Positions 10,970 to 24,271 of a stretch of DNA of 64,000 nt are shown piece by piece (position 1 is the stretch's first letter; each line of letters begins with the position of its first letter). Made by a program: the position numbers and the translations under genes. Source of the stretch: Octopus bimaculoides (lineage: Eukaryota); NCBI RefSeq assembly GCF_001194135.2, contig NC_068984.1:104464091-104528090 (forward strand). Direction: 5' to 3'. The notes under the pieces were generated by a model that saw only the letters and a list, made by a program, of their open reading frames with translations, had not been told where the DNA came from and did no database searches.

Positions 10970-11834
10970 CTAAAAAAATATTAATAAAAAGAGAAACAGT
11001 AGAGAGCTATTGAATATTAAATCAATTGGAGTGAAAAAAAATGTGTCAAAATATATGTTAGATAATACTCTTTTCCCAAAATAAAATTTTAAGGAATATA
11101 GTTTAGTGATATATAAACAAAAATAATGGATTAATAATATCAAACTTGAGACTTCAGGTCGATCAAATTTGGCAGTTTAGGTTGTGAAATTCAAAAATTA
11201 GCATATGTTTTAAAGGAGAATTAATCAGAAATGTATATATTTATCTCCACATGGTGGGTTCTGGTCTTACATACAGTTACTGAAATTCAAATGTTTAATT
11301 CACATGATTGAACCTCATTGAATGTTTAATTCACATGATTGAAAAGTTCAACCCAAAGTGACTGTTGAATAGATTTTAGTTAACAAATGTTCTGTATTTG
11401 ATGACTGAAGAGATTATCAAAACATCCAATTATACAAGGGGTTCACCATTAATTCTGCTGATTGTGCTTAAGCTCTTAACAAATGAAATATTTCAAAGAT
11501 AAAAAGTAGAATGATCCTTGACTGGTTCAGTCATGTTCTATAGCAGTAAGGTTCTCTTTTTTTGTTCCTGAAACAAAATTCTTTCTTTTACTTGTCTCTA
11601 GCCATGTGGTCTTGAGTTTGGTCCCAGTGTATGGCACCTTGGGCAAGTGGTTTCTAATATAGCTTTGGGTTGACCAGAACTGTGCGAATGGATTTAGTTA
11701 TGTGGAAACTGAAAGAAGTCCATTGTATATATATATATGTATGTATCTCTGTGTGTAGAATGCGTGTATGCGCACGTGTGTGTGCATATATATATATACA
11801 TATATATGCACACATACACACATGTATATATATA

Positions 11835-11892
<58 letters not shown>

Positions 11893-12633
11893 CTTGTTTG
11901 ACACCATGTGGTGTTTGTAAATTAGCCTCACTATCATACAAATAATGTTGTTTGTTTCCTGCCTTCATGGTGAAATATTATATTGTTTGGAAACAGATGA
12001 GATTTGGCAACTGGAAGAGCTTTTAGGTGGAGAAGATCTATTTCAACAAATTGTGTCTGATCCATGCAAGCATGGATAAGTTGATGATAAGTGATGATAA
12101 TGATGATGATGATGATGATGAATGTTTCATTCATTATATTGCAGCCATACTGGGGCATTGCTTGAAAAATAGGTAAGTACTAGCATCAGGAAGTGCATAC
12201 TGTAAAACAGTGCCTTGATGATATAATCACCTAATCCATGCCAGCATGTAAAAACGAATGAATGAAAAGAAAGATGAATGAGAAATGAAAACTGGAAATA
12301 TTTGATGAGTAATTACAAACTACTCAGTATTAATATTCACCACAAGCAGGTGAGAACATGCAAATCATTATCATCATCATCATTCCATGTTTTTGTGGGT
12401 CAGGTGGAGTTCTTTGAACTAGATTTTCTATGGTTGGATGCCTTTCTCTGTCACCAACCTTTTATCTGTTTCAAAGTAAGGTCTATATTTCACTATGGCC
12501 AGACAAGTTTTTTCATGGAAGATTAAAAATGAACAATACTGCTTGTATGATGGTGACACTCATTTATAACTCTCATGTTATGCCTAGACAAAGAAGCACA
12601 AGTACACACACTCACACCCATGCATAAATACAT

Positions 12634-12671
<38 letters not shown>

Positions 12672-13425
12672 AATAGGCTTCTTTTAGTTTCCGTTTACCT
12701 AATCCACTCACAAGGCTTTGGTCAGCCTGGAACTGTAGTAGAAGGCACTTACTGAAGGTGCTGCACAGTAGGACTAAACCTCAAACTAAGCCACTGGAAG
12801 GTGAACTTCTTAACCACACAGCTAACTATACCTGTGCCTGTAGAAACAAAATCATGTCTTTTTATAAGAAAGAAGAGAAGCCAGCATCTTCATATTCTTT
12901 CTCATTTTGCTTCTTCTTGGACAAAATCCTCATAACTTTTTATGAGACAATGCTGTTATTGATTTCTGTTCAATAATTTTTCTATTCAGGAAATTATTAA
13001 TGCATTTACTAGTTTTATGCAACAAACAAAAAAGTCTTTTGTTTAAGGAGTTACAGAAAATGACTGTGTGGAAGTTAAATTCTGTGTTTTATAACTTTTG
13101 ATATTTCATTTACCTAAATAATTAATATTTAAAAGACTAGCAACAATAAAACTTTCATTATCCTTTCTTGTGTATTTTCTTGTAGCAAAGATAAAAAATA
13201 GAGAAAAATCATGAAATAAACAGCTGCCATAAATGACCTGTGTTTTGCAAGTAAAGCTGATATTGCAACATTGTTTGAAGTTCAAGAGTTACAAGACAAA
13301 AATGGTGACAGTAAGAATAACATGTTCTATGTATTGTGATAGAAAGATATACTGAACTGTGTAGTGCAGGGTGGAAGAAATCATTTGAAACTAAATTTGC
13401 ATTTTGTCTAGAAGATTGTAATAGT

Positions 13426-13652
13426 TTAACCTTTTGCTATCATATTTCTGGTGAAATATATTGCCTTTGTTTCAATTAATTCCGAAAATAATGAAGAATT
13501 TGTTGAAATTACTGTTGTTGTTAAGCTGGTGTTTGGAACACAAATTAACTTGAAATTTTGATGGAAACCTTTAATTTAATTAACTTTAAAGCAGGGAATT
13601 TGTATCTTAAAACTATGGGTGGTCTCCGATGGGTTGATATCAAAAGGGTTAA
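13426..13652. mobile_element. piggyBac-like MITE
   Basis: TTAAccttttgctatca ... tgatatcaaaagggTTAA termini. Related pieces near 42320-42538 and 59610-59760. Confidence 0.7.
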
Positions 13653-15666
13653 AAAAAAATGATTCAAAGATCTGGTAAGGGGACATATTGATAGCATTTA
13701 ATGTCACTGAACAATTGCTTCCATAGTATTCAATAAAAACTTCTTATGGCTGGTTTCAGAACCATTTTTGGGAAGAATGATATATGAATATCAATGTATA
13801 AGTGATTCTTTATCAATATCAGAGCCGTATGCAAAAATAGAACTCAAGCCTTTACTGAACTAGATAATAATATTACTTCCAATTCAGTTAAATTTAATAC
13901 ATTTAATAATATTTACTAAACATTACTGATTATAATAGGAATGATGTTACATCAATAGTGAGTTAATAGACAGACAAGGGTGTTGGAATATATGCATTAT
14001 AGCATTTAGTTACCACCCTCTACATTCAAAGTTCAAATCCTGAATGAAGCACCAGTCCATCACAGGGTTACTCATTTAAAGCTGAGTGTGAAATGAAATA
14101 TTTTTCTCAAGAACACAACACATGCTGTCTTGGAATTGAAACCACAATTTTGCAGTTATGAGTGCAACATCCTGATCACAAGTCTGTGTGTATATGTATG
14201 ATTGTGAGAATGTTCATATTTTGCAATCACATATGTTACAGTCAGTGTTTTCTGTTGCCACTTTTCTGTCAACAAATCATCTGATCAACCTGTGCTTTGA
14301 AAGAAATGTAGATAGACAATTTTTCTTGCTTGGTTAATGACAGAAAGGGCATTTGGCCATAAAACAATGATTCAGTAATATGTATTCATCTAATGCATGC
14401 AAGCATGGGAAAATGGACAATAAAATGAACAAACAATATGATATCAATGGTATATTATCAATATAATATCAGTTTTATATTTTTCATATACTATTATTTT
14501 AATACATCTATTTTAGTCATGGAATTATAGGAAAGTATACTTCATCCAGTTGACTCAGCATAATATGCTGAGCCAAAGTGCATAATACTTTGGCTTATCA
14601 TGTGAAATGTGGACTTAGATTTTAGTAGCCATTTTCCCAATATTCCACATGTTATTCTCCACATCAACAGAATCAGCTTCTGAGATCTTTTTCAGAGATG
14701 AAAGGAAACGGAACTTGCTTTTTTCTCTTCTAAAATGTAAATGTCTTACTGAACAAATATATCCATGGATTTTTAGTCACATATCTTGGGTTTGCTTTAC
14801 CAAAAAATAGTTTTCAAGTTGTCATGATATTTCCTTTCAAATAAAAGTCTCAGCTGTTTCTCCAGTAATAACAACAACAACAAGAATAAAAATAAGTGTA
14901 ATGATAATAATAATAATAATAATAATAAGTGTAGTAGTAATAATAATGATAATATTAATGTAGGGAAATGGCAGATTTATGTGTGAATTAATATTTCCTA
15001 ATGATTTAAATATGAAAACAGATGAAGAAATAAGAAGTATCAGTTTTGCAAGAATGTACAAACAATATTAAAAATAACCTAGAATCAGTCAATGTGGGTA
15101 CATTTGATCAGTTTCATGAATACTCAATTAATGCTTGATATATAAATTAAAACATATTACAAAATACTAAAGCCAGGTTTCCTCTCAGCAAGTGTTCTAG
15201 ATTTTTCTCAATTGAAACAGAGAAACAAAAACAAACAAATAACAACATGAGTTTTCTGAGTAAGTACTACATAGTATTGAAAACTATGACATGCCTTAAA
15301 CGAATTAAAGAGATCGTTTCATTTGGTTGCACTGTCAATGATTTAGTGTTTGATGTTGATATGATGAAGGTAAAAGTGTGAAAGAAATGTTCAAGCAGTG
15401 ACTTTCGTTTCACATTACAAATTATAACACCCACCACGAAACCTCACAAGAGTTAAAGTTCTGATTTCACTGCACTGTTGGCACATTGACTTGTATGGGC
15501 ACTTAAGTATGCCTGGGAAAAGGATGTTAAATGATGATGACAACACACACACACATACCTATGTGTATATGTATGTACGTATATATGTGTATGAGTGGGA
15601 TTGGCTATGAGTGCTCTGTCATGCGAGCCCTTCTCATACTTCCTCACCCTGTCATGAATTTACTCA

Positions 15667-15734
<68 letters not shown>

Positions 15735-16162
15735 CACACATATGTATGTATATGCTAATACATACATACATATATATGTACATATATAAGTAAATACATA
15801 CATATATAAATTTATGTAAATATGTATAAACATAGACATTTCTGTGTGTATGTATCAAGCACCCTTTGCAAAATACACAAAATATTCAAAAGACCATTGC
15901 ATGAATGAATTATCTATTTGTGAGTTGATACAGTGTACATTTCCCATGGATGGGAGGGATAATATTTTGTTGGGTCACTTCTCTGGTTGATTCCATTACC
16001 GTAATGCACAATTAGGCGAACAGAGTGAGCATGGTATAGGCATAGTTATATGGTGAAGGGGTTTATTTTGCAACCACATCCTTCCAGGTCCAGTCTCATT
16101 GCAAGGCATTTGACTCATACATTGTGAAGGGAATTCTGTAGACAGAAACTGTACAGAAGCTT

Positions 16163-16217
<55 letters not shown>

Positions 16218-17444
16218 CCCAGAGTGATATACAAAGCCTTGTGATTGGTTTTGTGGATTTGGTAGAGAGAAAATAGAAGGTACCCATCATATATNNNNNN
16301 NNNNNNNNNATATATATATATATATATATACATACACACATGTATAAACTAGCACTATGGCCATGAGAGTTGCAATTGATCCAATCAATGGAACAGCCTG
16401 CTTGTAAAATTAATGTGCAAGTGGCAGAGCACTCCACGTACATGCATACCAAAAATGTAGTGCTTAGGGAGATTCAGCATGACAGAATGTGACAAGAATA
16501 GCCCTTTTAATTATAGGTACAATTCATTTTCACCAGCTGAGTAGACTGGAACAACATGAAATAAAGTGTTTTACTCAAGTACATAATGAACTGTTGGGAA
16601 TCAATCTCATGACCTCATGACTGTGAGCCAGATACCCCTAACCACAGAACCATGTGCCTTCACACATGTATATATATATATCATGCAGGTGGCACATAAA
16701 ATACACCATTTTGAGCATGGCCGTTGCCAGTACCGCCTGACTGGCCTTCGTGCCGGTGGCACATAAAAGCACCCACTACACTCTCAGAGTGGTTGGCATT
16801 AGGAAGGGCATCCAGCTGTAGAAACTCTGCCAAATTAGATTGGAGCCTGGCGTAGCCATCTGGTTCGCCAGTCCTCAGTCAAATCGTCCAACCCATGCCA
16901 GCATGGAAAGCGGACGTTAAACGATGATGATGATGATGATTCACAATTTAGGTTAGTTGAAATATGTTTGTCACGTATTTCAGCTGCTAAAGGCAAATAC
17001 ACTGCAGTTACCGAGGAGAAAAAAATCTCTCTTGGGGTAAAAAGGTGTGAAAACATCCAATTCGTTCAGGGTCGCCATCTCTCAGAAATCTCAGACATCG
17101 ATATTTTGAGTTTATTGACTCTTGTTGATGAGATGTACCTAACGAACTAAATAAAGCTTATAGCTTTATATATAATTCAGCCAAGACAGTGACTGATTTA
17201 TGCTAGTAGATCACCCAATTGAGAAATATATCAGAGTAATGACGCAAAGCAGTGTTAACGTATAATCACTTGAATCCCTAGTGCAAAAGGGATTGGTAAG
17301 ATTATAATGGATATATAATACTGTACACCTTGGATAATATACCCACTCCATTGACAGATATACAAGTGCATTTTTTCCCTGACTTATGGACTTTTAGATG
17401 ACTTACACGCATATAATATAATTTATATTTTATATATATGTATA

Positions 17445-17475
<31 letters not shown>

Positions 17476-18131
17476 TATATGTATATAATATATATTCTGT
17501 ATATATATATAATATTTGACAGGAAGGACAACAAAAGAAAGAAAGAGACCTCGATATTATGCAAATAGAGGAATTTATCTGTAAAAATATGTGACACATA
17601 TTTTTACAGATATATATATTATATATATAATACATATTATATANNNNNNNNNNNNNNNNNNNNNNNNNNNNNNNNNNNNNNNNNNNNNNNNNNNNNNNNN
17701 NNNNNNNNNNNNNNNNNNNNNNNNNNNNNNNNNNNNNNNNNNNNNNNNNNNNNNNNTATATATATATATATATATCCACAATGGGATTCTTTCAGTTTGT
17801 GTCTACCAACTTCGCTCACAAGGCTTTGGTTGGACTAAGGCTATAGTAGAAGATACCTGTCCAAGGTGTCATGCAATTGTACTGAATCCAGAATCATGTG
17901 GTTGAGAATCAAGCTTCGTACCTCACAGCCACACCTGTATGTGTGTATATATATATGTATATATATATATTAATTTATGCATATATTAATATTATTTTGG
18001 TTTAAAAAACCTTGACAATGCAAATATGTTAATAGTTACCATGGGTAGCAAAAATCACACAAAAAAACCAGGATATCACACTCATTTTATAGGTGGAGAT
18101 ACCAAGATAAAGTGATGCATTTTGAGTAGAT

Positions 18132-18292
18132 ATGAATAATAATAATAATAATAAATGGAGCAAAACGCATATAATGCACCTCTTACTTCTTTGGAGTAGA
18201 GTGCACATATATTTTGAAACATATGTAGAATTAAAGGAACTTTTGTTTATATGCATTTTGCTCCATTTATTATTATTATTATTATTATTCAT
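18132..18292. repeat. Inverted repeat related to the 1960-2042 palindrome
   Basis: atgaat(aat)nAAATGGAGCAAAACGCATATA ... TATATGCATTTTGCTCCATTT(att)n cat. Confidence 0.85.
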
Positions 18293-20469
18293 ATATATAT
18301 ATATATATATTATACATACACACACATATATATGTATGTATCAATATATATTAGTATACATGCGTGTCTGTGTGTGTATAAGTATATATATGTATAATCC
18401 ATTGAAGAAGATGAAGCATGAATTTAGCACATTGTTTTTACTAGAGATGTAAATGAATTTTCTGCACCAGTGGGCTTTCAATAATCCTCTCTAATTAGAG
18501 ATTTCAGGTAGTCAAGGGCTTGCATTGCTTGCTGAATTGGAAATACACCAACTTTCTACCTTATCAGGACCTACACACACACACACACACATTTATACAC
18601 ATCTTTTATCTCTTACTTGTTTCATATGTATCACAACAAACTCTCCTGTTGTTAAATGACGTATGAGGCTTCATAATTTCTTACCAATCAACCACACACA
18701 TGATTTGTTTATAGTGATCAAATATTTTTGTACACATAAGCTCACTCCCTCCATCAAATCAACATTACCTGTACATGTGCACTATGTGCCACAAGTCTGA
18801 TGATAAAATGATTGCAGAGCAATATGAAATGAAGTGCTTTGCTCAAGAACACAACGCAATGCCAGGTCTGGGAACTGAACCCATGATCTCACAATTGCGA
18901 GTACAACACTCTAACCATTAAACCATGCACCTTCACAATACAAGCCATGTGCCTTCATATATGTACATGTATATATAAGTGTACACATGTATATATGTAC
19001 ATCAGTATACACATATGTATGTGTGTGTGTATGCATGTATGTGTGTGTATGCATATATATATGTATGCGTATGTGTACGTTTGTATGTATGTATGTATTC
19101 TGCATATTCATGTGTTTGTGTGTTTATGCTTGTGTGTTTATGTTTGTGTGTTTATGTTTGTATGTTTGTATATGTGTGTGTGTGTATGTGTGTGTGTATA
19201 TCTGTCTCTTTGTGTGTGCAAGTTTGAGTGTGTCTATGTGTATGGGTTTGTGTTACTATGTACATGCGTCTGTTATGTACACCACATAAACTAGGCCCTT
19301 TTATTGTAACGCCAATACCAGTGAAGTCACCAAACAACTTCTAAGACTGCAAACCATGAGGGTTAAAAATATGGGAGAAGAGGCCAGAACAGAACAGGTT
19401 TCTTGCTGTAGAAGAGCTACATGACTACTAACAAACACTTAGACACACACATACATATGTTCACTGCATGGAAACTTCTGATCACAAAAAAATAAGAAAA
19501 AAGAACAACAAACAAAAAATAAAACAAGAACAAATAATCTAGTTTCAAGTGAACTATTCCTCATAACATTGGGAAATTTGGCAAAAAGTTTACTAAAGAC
19601 TGAGAATGCCGAAGAAGTCCAGAATGACTAATAAGAACAAATCATCTGCATATATTTGAATTTTGTAAAATAATTGAATAACTTTTTCAGAATATTTCGT
19701 TTTTCTATTTGGTTTGTAAGATTCTTCATGTGAATTCGTGAGTTGAAGCATATTTTATTGTCTGGGGAAGAGTCATTTTCTTTTAATGCCTTATTTCTTA
19801 ACACACTCACCGGTTCAATTTCCACTCATTTACTTATTTCTTTTTTCTAAAATGTTCATTGCATCTTGCAACTTTTTCAATAGTCGTTGACTCTGTCTGT
19901 TATCAGAGTTGCATTCATTTTGCTTGTTTGTTTGTGTGCATGTGTGTGCATTAGTGTGCATGTGTATACACATATGTATGCATGTGTGTGTTTATGCATG
20001 TATGTGTGTGTGTATGCATATATATGTATGCGTGTGTGTATGTTTGTATGTATGTATTCTGCATATTAATGTGTATGTGTGTGTATGTGTGTGTGTGTGT
20101 GTGTGTATTTGTGTGTACCTCTGTCTTCTTGTGTGTGCATGTTTGAATGTGTCTATGTGTATGGGTTTGTGTGACTATGTACGTGCGTCTGTTATGTATG
20201 GATGTGTGTCTCCATATGTGTCCTTGTGAGTGTGTGTGAAGTGTGCATGTGTGTATATGGTCATGTGTTTCAGTCTTCATTTGTGTATGTATATGTGTAT
20301 GTGTTTGTCTGTTCATATTACCTATGTACCTATCTATCTATTTATCTATCTGTTTACTTACATATCCATTTAACTACACACACATATATATATATATGTC
20401 TACATAACAGCCTACTAACAACTTTGCCTGTGTATATATAAACTGTGGGTATTGGGGTTTGACTACCTT

Positions 20470-22255
20470 CTATGTACATTTCCTATTTAGTACTGGGGAT
20501 ATTTCATTTATGAGGATGCACTCCTGTATTTGTCTGAGTGTTGGGTCCTCCGGGTACTTGGATAAAATGCAGATCTCAAGTTGACCCAGTGTGCCTCCAT
20601 GCTGGTCTTTGGCATGTTGGCAGAGTATGGAGGACTGTTTCTTGTCGTCATATTGTCTCAAATGTTCATTTAGTTTCTCCACAATGCTTCTAGATGTCTC
20701 CACCCATGTATATTATGTACTCATCTTTACAAGCACCCTCTATGCACCTTATGCAGTAGACTACATTTTTACTTCTACAGTTAATGCCAGGGTTAATCTT
20801 ACATATCATGCAGTTGTCATTGGTGCATATGATATTCTCAAAGGAGTACATCCTACATAGTTGTGGTCTGATAGAACTACCTGGCTTTTCAACGATCTTA
20901 AAGTTGAGTGTGGCCTCCTTCAGATCTTTCTTAAATCTTTGGGTTAGTTCTCCATAGGGCTGTGGCCTCCACAAACATCATGCCTTGATATTTGTTGGTC
21001 TTGTATCACGTGTTCATCCTGTTTGCGTTGTCACAAAATCTCTGTATCATATTCCAGTCTTTACTTCTATATCTAGGGCAGGTAAACTTTACCATGTGAT
21101 TCTTCAAGGTGGTTCTTATGCTAGCCCCTATTGCATGCGCAATCATTTTTTTCACCTGACTGTTGTTCTCAGGGCCCTGGATGGGTATGGTCCAGCCACT
21201 CCAGTGCTCTGTGGTGCTTTTCTTCACTGCCAAGGTGATGGTGGTTGGTCTTCCCCTCTGTGACCTGGTGGGGCAGAATCTACTAATGTCATGGTTGTCT
21301 AGGTAGTTATAGTCATAGCTTAGTTTAAGGAGGTCCAGTTCCCTCATGTTGACTTCATGGAACTCTACTTCACTCTCACTGATAATCTCAATGTATTTTT
21401 CCACAGTAAAATCTATCTATAGATTGGTAGAGTGAAACTACATCCATACTACCCACTAGACAACATGTGAGGTCGTTGGAGTAGTTGCAACTACTGATTC
21501 TACTGAGAAGCTCACACAGACATCTGGGGACATTTCAATGAGTGGTTGTAACTATAATTGCAGCAGATATTTACTTTATAAACTGACCAGGAGGCTCCAT
21601 AACAGGGTTTATGTAGGGTTTATGGTCCTTACATAACCCATATAGTGTAAGAACATCGTTGTTGAATGCTTGAAAATTTTGTGCAATCCATTTCTTGGGT
21701 TGGAGTATATTGTACTACATTCCTATGTGTGCATTGAGGAGTTTTTCCACTCTTTCATGTTCTTGTGGTGCAACTTCTCTCATGCTACTGATGTGTTGTT
21801 GCATGGTCTGGACATAGTTCTGTGGGTTGTTTATCAACAGTTTGCCAGACCTGTCCATAGGGAGGCACACTAATTCCCTGTTTCAGTTTTTGTAGGCAAC
21901 AGATGAACTGAGTTGGTGGATCTCGCCCTGATTATAATTTTTAGTGGTTTTGTTGTACCAGTCTAAGATGTGTCGGAGTGTATTTCTAGCTAAGGAAATC
22001 TTTGCCTCTGTCTCACTGTCAATCTGTGGTGGGATATGTACCCTTTTGTTGAAGGGTAAGTCTGTGGGGTAGATCCTCATCATGTCGTATGATTTGTTGT
22101 TGGGGTTATAGAAGACAGAGTGTAGGGTGCTATTGGTGTTACTATTGTTGTGGTTGTTGTTGTTATGGTTGCTGGCATTGTTGTTGCTGGTGGTAGTGGT
22201 AGTGCTTGTGTTGTGTTCATTGTTGATAATATTTTTATTTGATATCCTCAAACAC
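20470..22255 (-). mobile_element. Penelope-like (Naiad-like) element, internally deleted
   Basis: LYGLCKDHK (~21620-21645); ELDLLKLS...RFCPTRSQRGRPTTIT...LKNHMVKF (21006-21404); CTNDNCMICKINPGINCRSKNVVYCIRC / ETSRSIVEKLNEH...DPTLRQIQECILI (20470-20974). The RT catalytic core is absent. Confidence 0.8.
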
Positions 22256-22697
22256 AATCATACGTTTATAATCAACAAATACATTATCTGCCTATATTGA
22301 TTTCAAAATGTGTTTGTTTCATAGAAAGAGTACAATTTTTAGTAAGCAAATAATTTCCTGAAGTAAGACCAGAGTGGCTAAACCCACTCATAATTTTATG
22401 ACTCTATAAATGAGGAGAATAGCTAAAAAATTAAACTTAAAATATACACAGGAGACTTAGTTTGTTTTTAATTTACCAAAACATAATTGAATATAACGAC
22501 TAACTAAAGGATATTTGCTTAGCTACAAATTTACCAGTTCGTGAAATTATATCTGGAAACAATCCTCAAAGAATGTTAATACTTTCATCATAAAATCTCT
22601 CTCTCCTTAAGATTTCCTTCCGTTCCTGAGTATACTTAGATTTGATTTCATTTTATTCTTTTTTAAGGATTTAATAGAGAGCTCATTTAATATACAA

Positions 22698-22742
<45 letters not shown>

Positions 22743-22752
22743 CATATATATA

Positions 22753-23190
22753 CAGGCATGGCTGTGTAGTAAGTAGTTTGCTTCCCAACTACTTTGTCCC
22801 GGGTTCAGTCCCACTGTGTGGCACCTTGGGCATGTGTTTTCTACTATAGCCTCAGGCCAACCAAAGCCTTGTGAGTGGATTTGGTAGGCGGAAACTGAAA
22901 GAAGCCTGTCGTATATATATATATATATANNNNNNNNNNNNNNNNNTGTGTGTGTGTGTGTGTATATGTATGTGTGTGCTTGTTATTTGTGTCTGTGTTT
23001 GTCCCCTCACCGTGGCTTGACAACCAATGTTGGTGTGTTTACGTCCCTGTAACTTAGCAGTTCGGTAAAAGAAACCGATAGAATAAGTACTAGGCTTACA
23101 AAGAATAAGTCCTGGGGGTGATTTGTTCGATTAAAGGTGGTGCTCCAGCATGGCTGCAGTCAAATGACTAAAACAAGTAAAAGAATAAAT
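22753..23190 (+). mobile_element. Octopus OR-type SINE, full-length
   Basis: Same head, core and tail as 3421-3822. Confidence 0.85.
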
Positions 23191-23450
23191 GAACATGTAT
23201 GTATGTATGCATACACACACATGCACAGACACACACACACACATGTATTATATGTACTCATTGGTTATGGTTGGTCAGAAAGTTACCATTGGTTTCATGT
23301 CTATAATTGCACTTAACAATATAGGTGACTCATCAGACCTACTGACCTGAGGCATCAAAAACATTTTCTAGAGTTGAATGCATTTTATTCAGACTTATGA
23401 ATAACTAGACAATCATATATATATATATATATATATATATCTATATATAT

Positions 23451-23490
<40 letters not shown>

Positions 23491-23499
23491 ATATATATA

Positions 23500-24271
23500 T
23501 ATACGGCAAATAAGAAAATGGAGAGGATGCAAAAATGACATACATCAGCCGGTAGACATTCTAGTATGTCTATTTATTCCAAAGTATTAGAAAGTATTAG
23601 AAGAATACATACACATGTAATAACTATGTGTTACATACACATGTACTAATATTATAGAATATTACACTAATATTACAGAAAAGAGCAAAAGAGTAAAAGA
23701 TCAGAGTGTCAGTAGGTTCTAGTTCCTTACGGCTGTTTCTGCCAAGTGGCAACAAAATTCTCCATGTCATCTCCATCTCCTCAGTGTTCTGCAGGGATGG
23801 GCAGATAAAGTTTGGATGATGCATGTACCTCTAGGCTTCTTCAGAGGGTTTAAGTGATTGGGAGGGTTAATACATATAAGAAACAGTTAACAATAGGTAC
23901 AGTGTGTTTGTCTTATATGTTTCTTATATATATTAACCCTCTCAACCACTTAGACCCTCTGAAGAAGCCTAGAGGCACATTCATGAATCCAAACTTTATC
24001 TGCCCACCCCTGCAGAACACTGAGGAGATGGAGATGCCATGGAGAATTTTGTCGTCACTTGGCAGAAACAGCCGTAAGGAACTAGAACCTACTGACAAAC
24101 TGATCTTTTACTCTTTTCTGTAATATTAGTATATGTGTAACACATAGTTATTACATGTGTACATATTCTTCTAATACTTTCTAATACTTTGGAATAAATA
24201 GACATAGTAGAATGTCTACTGGCTGATGTATGTCGTTTTTGCATCCTCTCCATTTTCTTATTTGCTGTATA
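23500..24271. repeat. Long inverted repeat (arms ~385 and ~353 bp, 34-bp spacer), probably Penelope-type terminal repeats
   Basis: 23500-23884 is the reverse complement of 23919-24271, with scattered substitutions and one ~30-bp indel. Confidence 0.9.

Noticed and set aside
15990-17142. Minus-strand open frames near 17142 and 16135 (Cys-containing, both ending CG|GTAA)
   Set aside because: Their phases (1 to 2) do not chain with each other or with the phase-0 acceptor at 10969; no domain recognised.
20690-20974. Selenocysteine-coding Naiad
   Set aside because: The Cys positions are ordinary TGT/TGC codons; no conserved in-frame TGA or SECIS identified.
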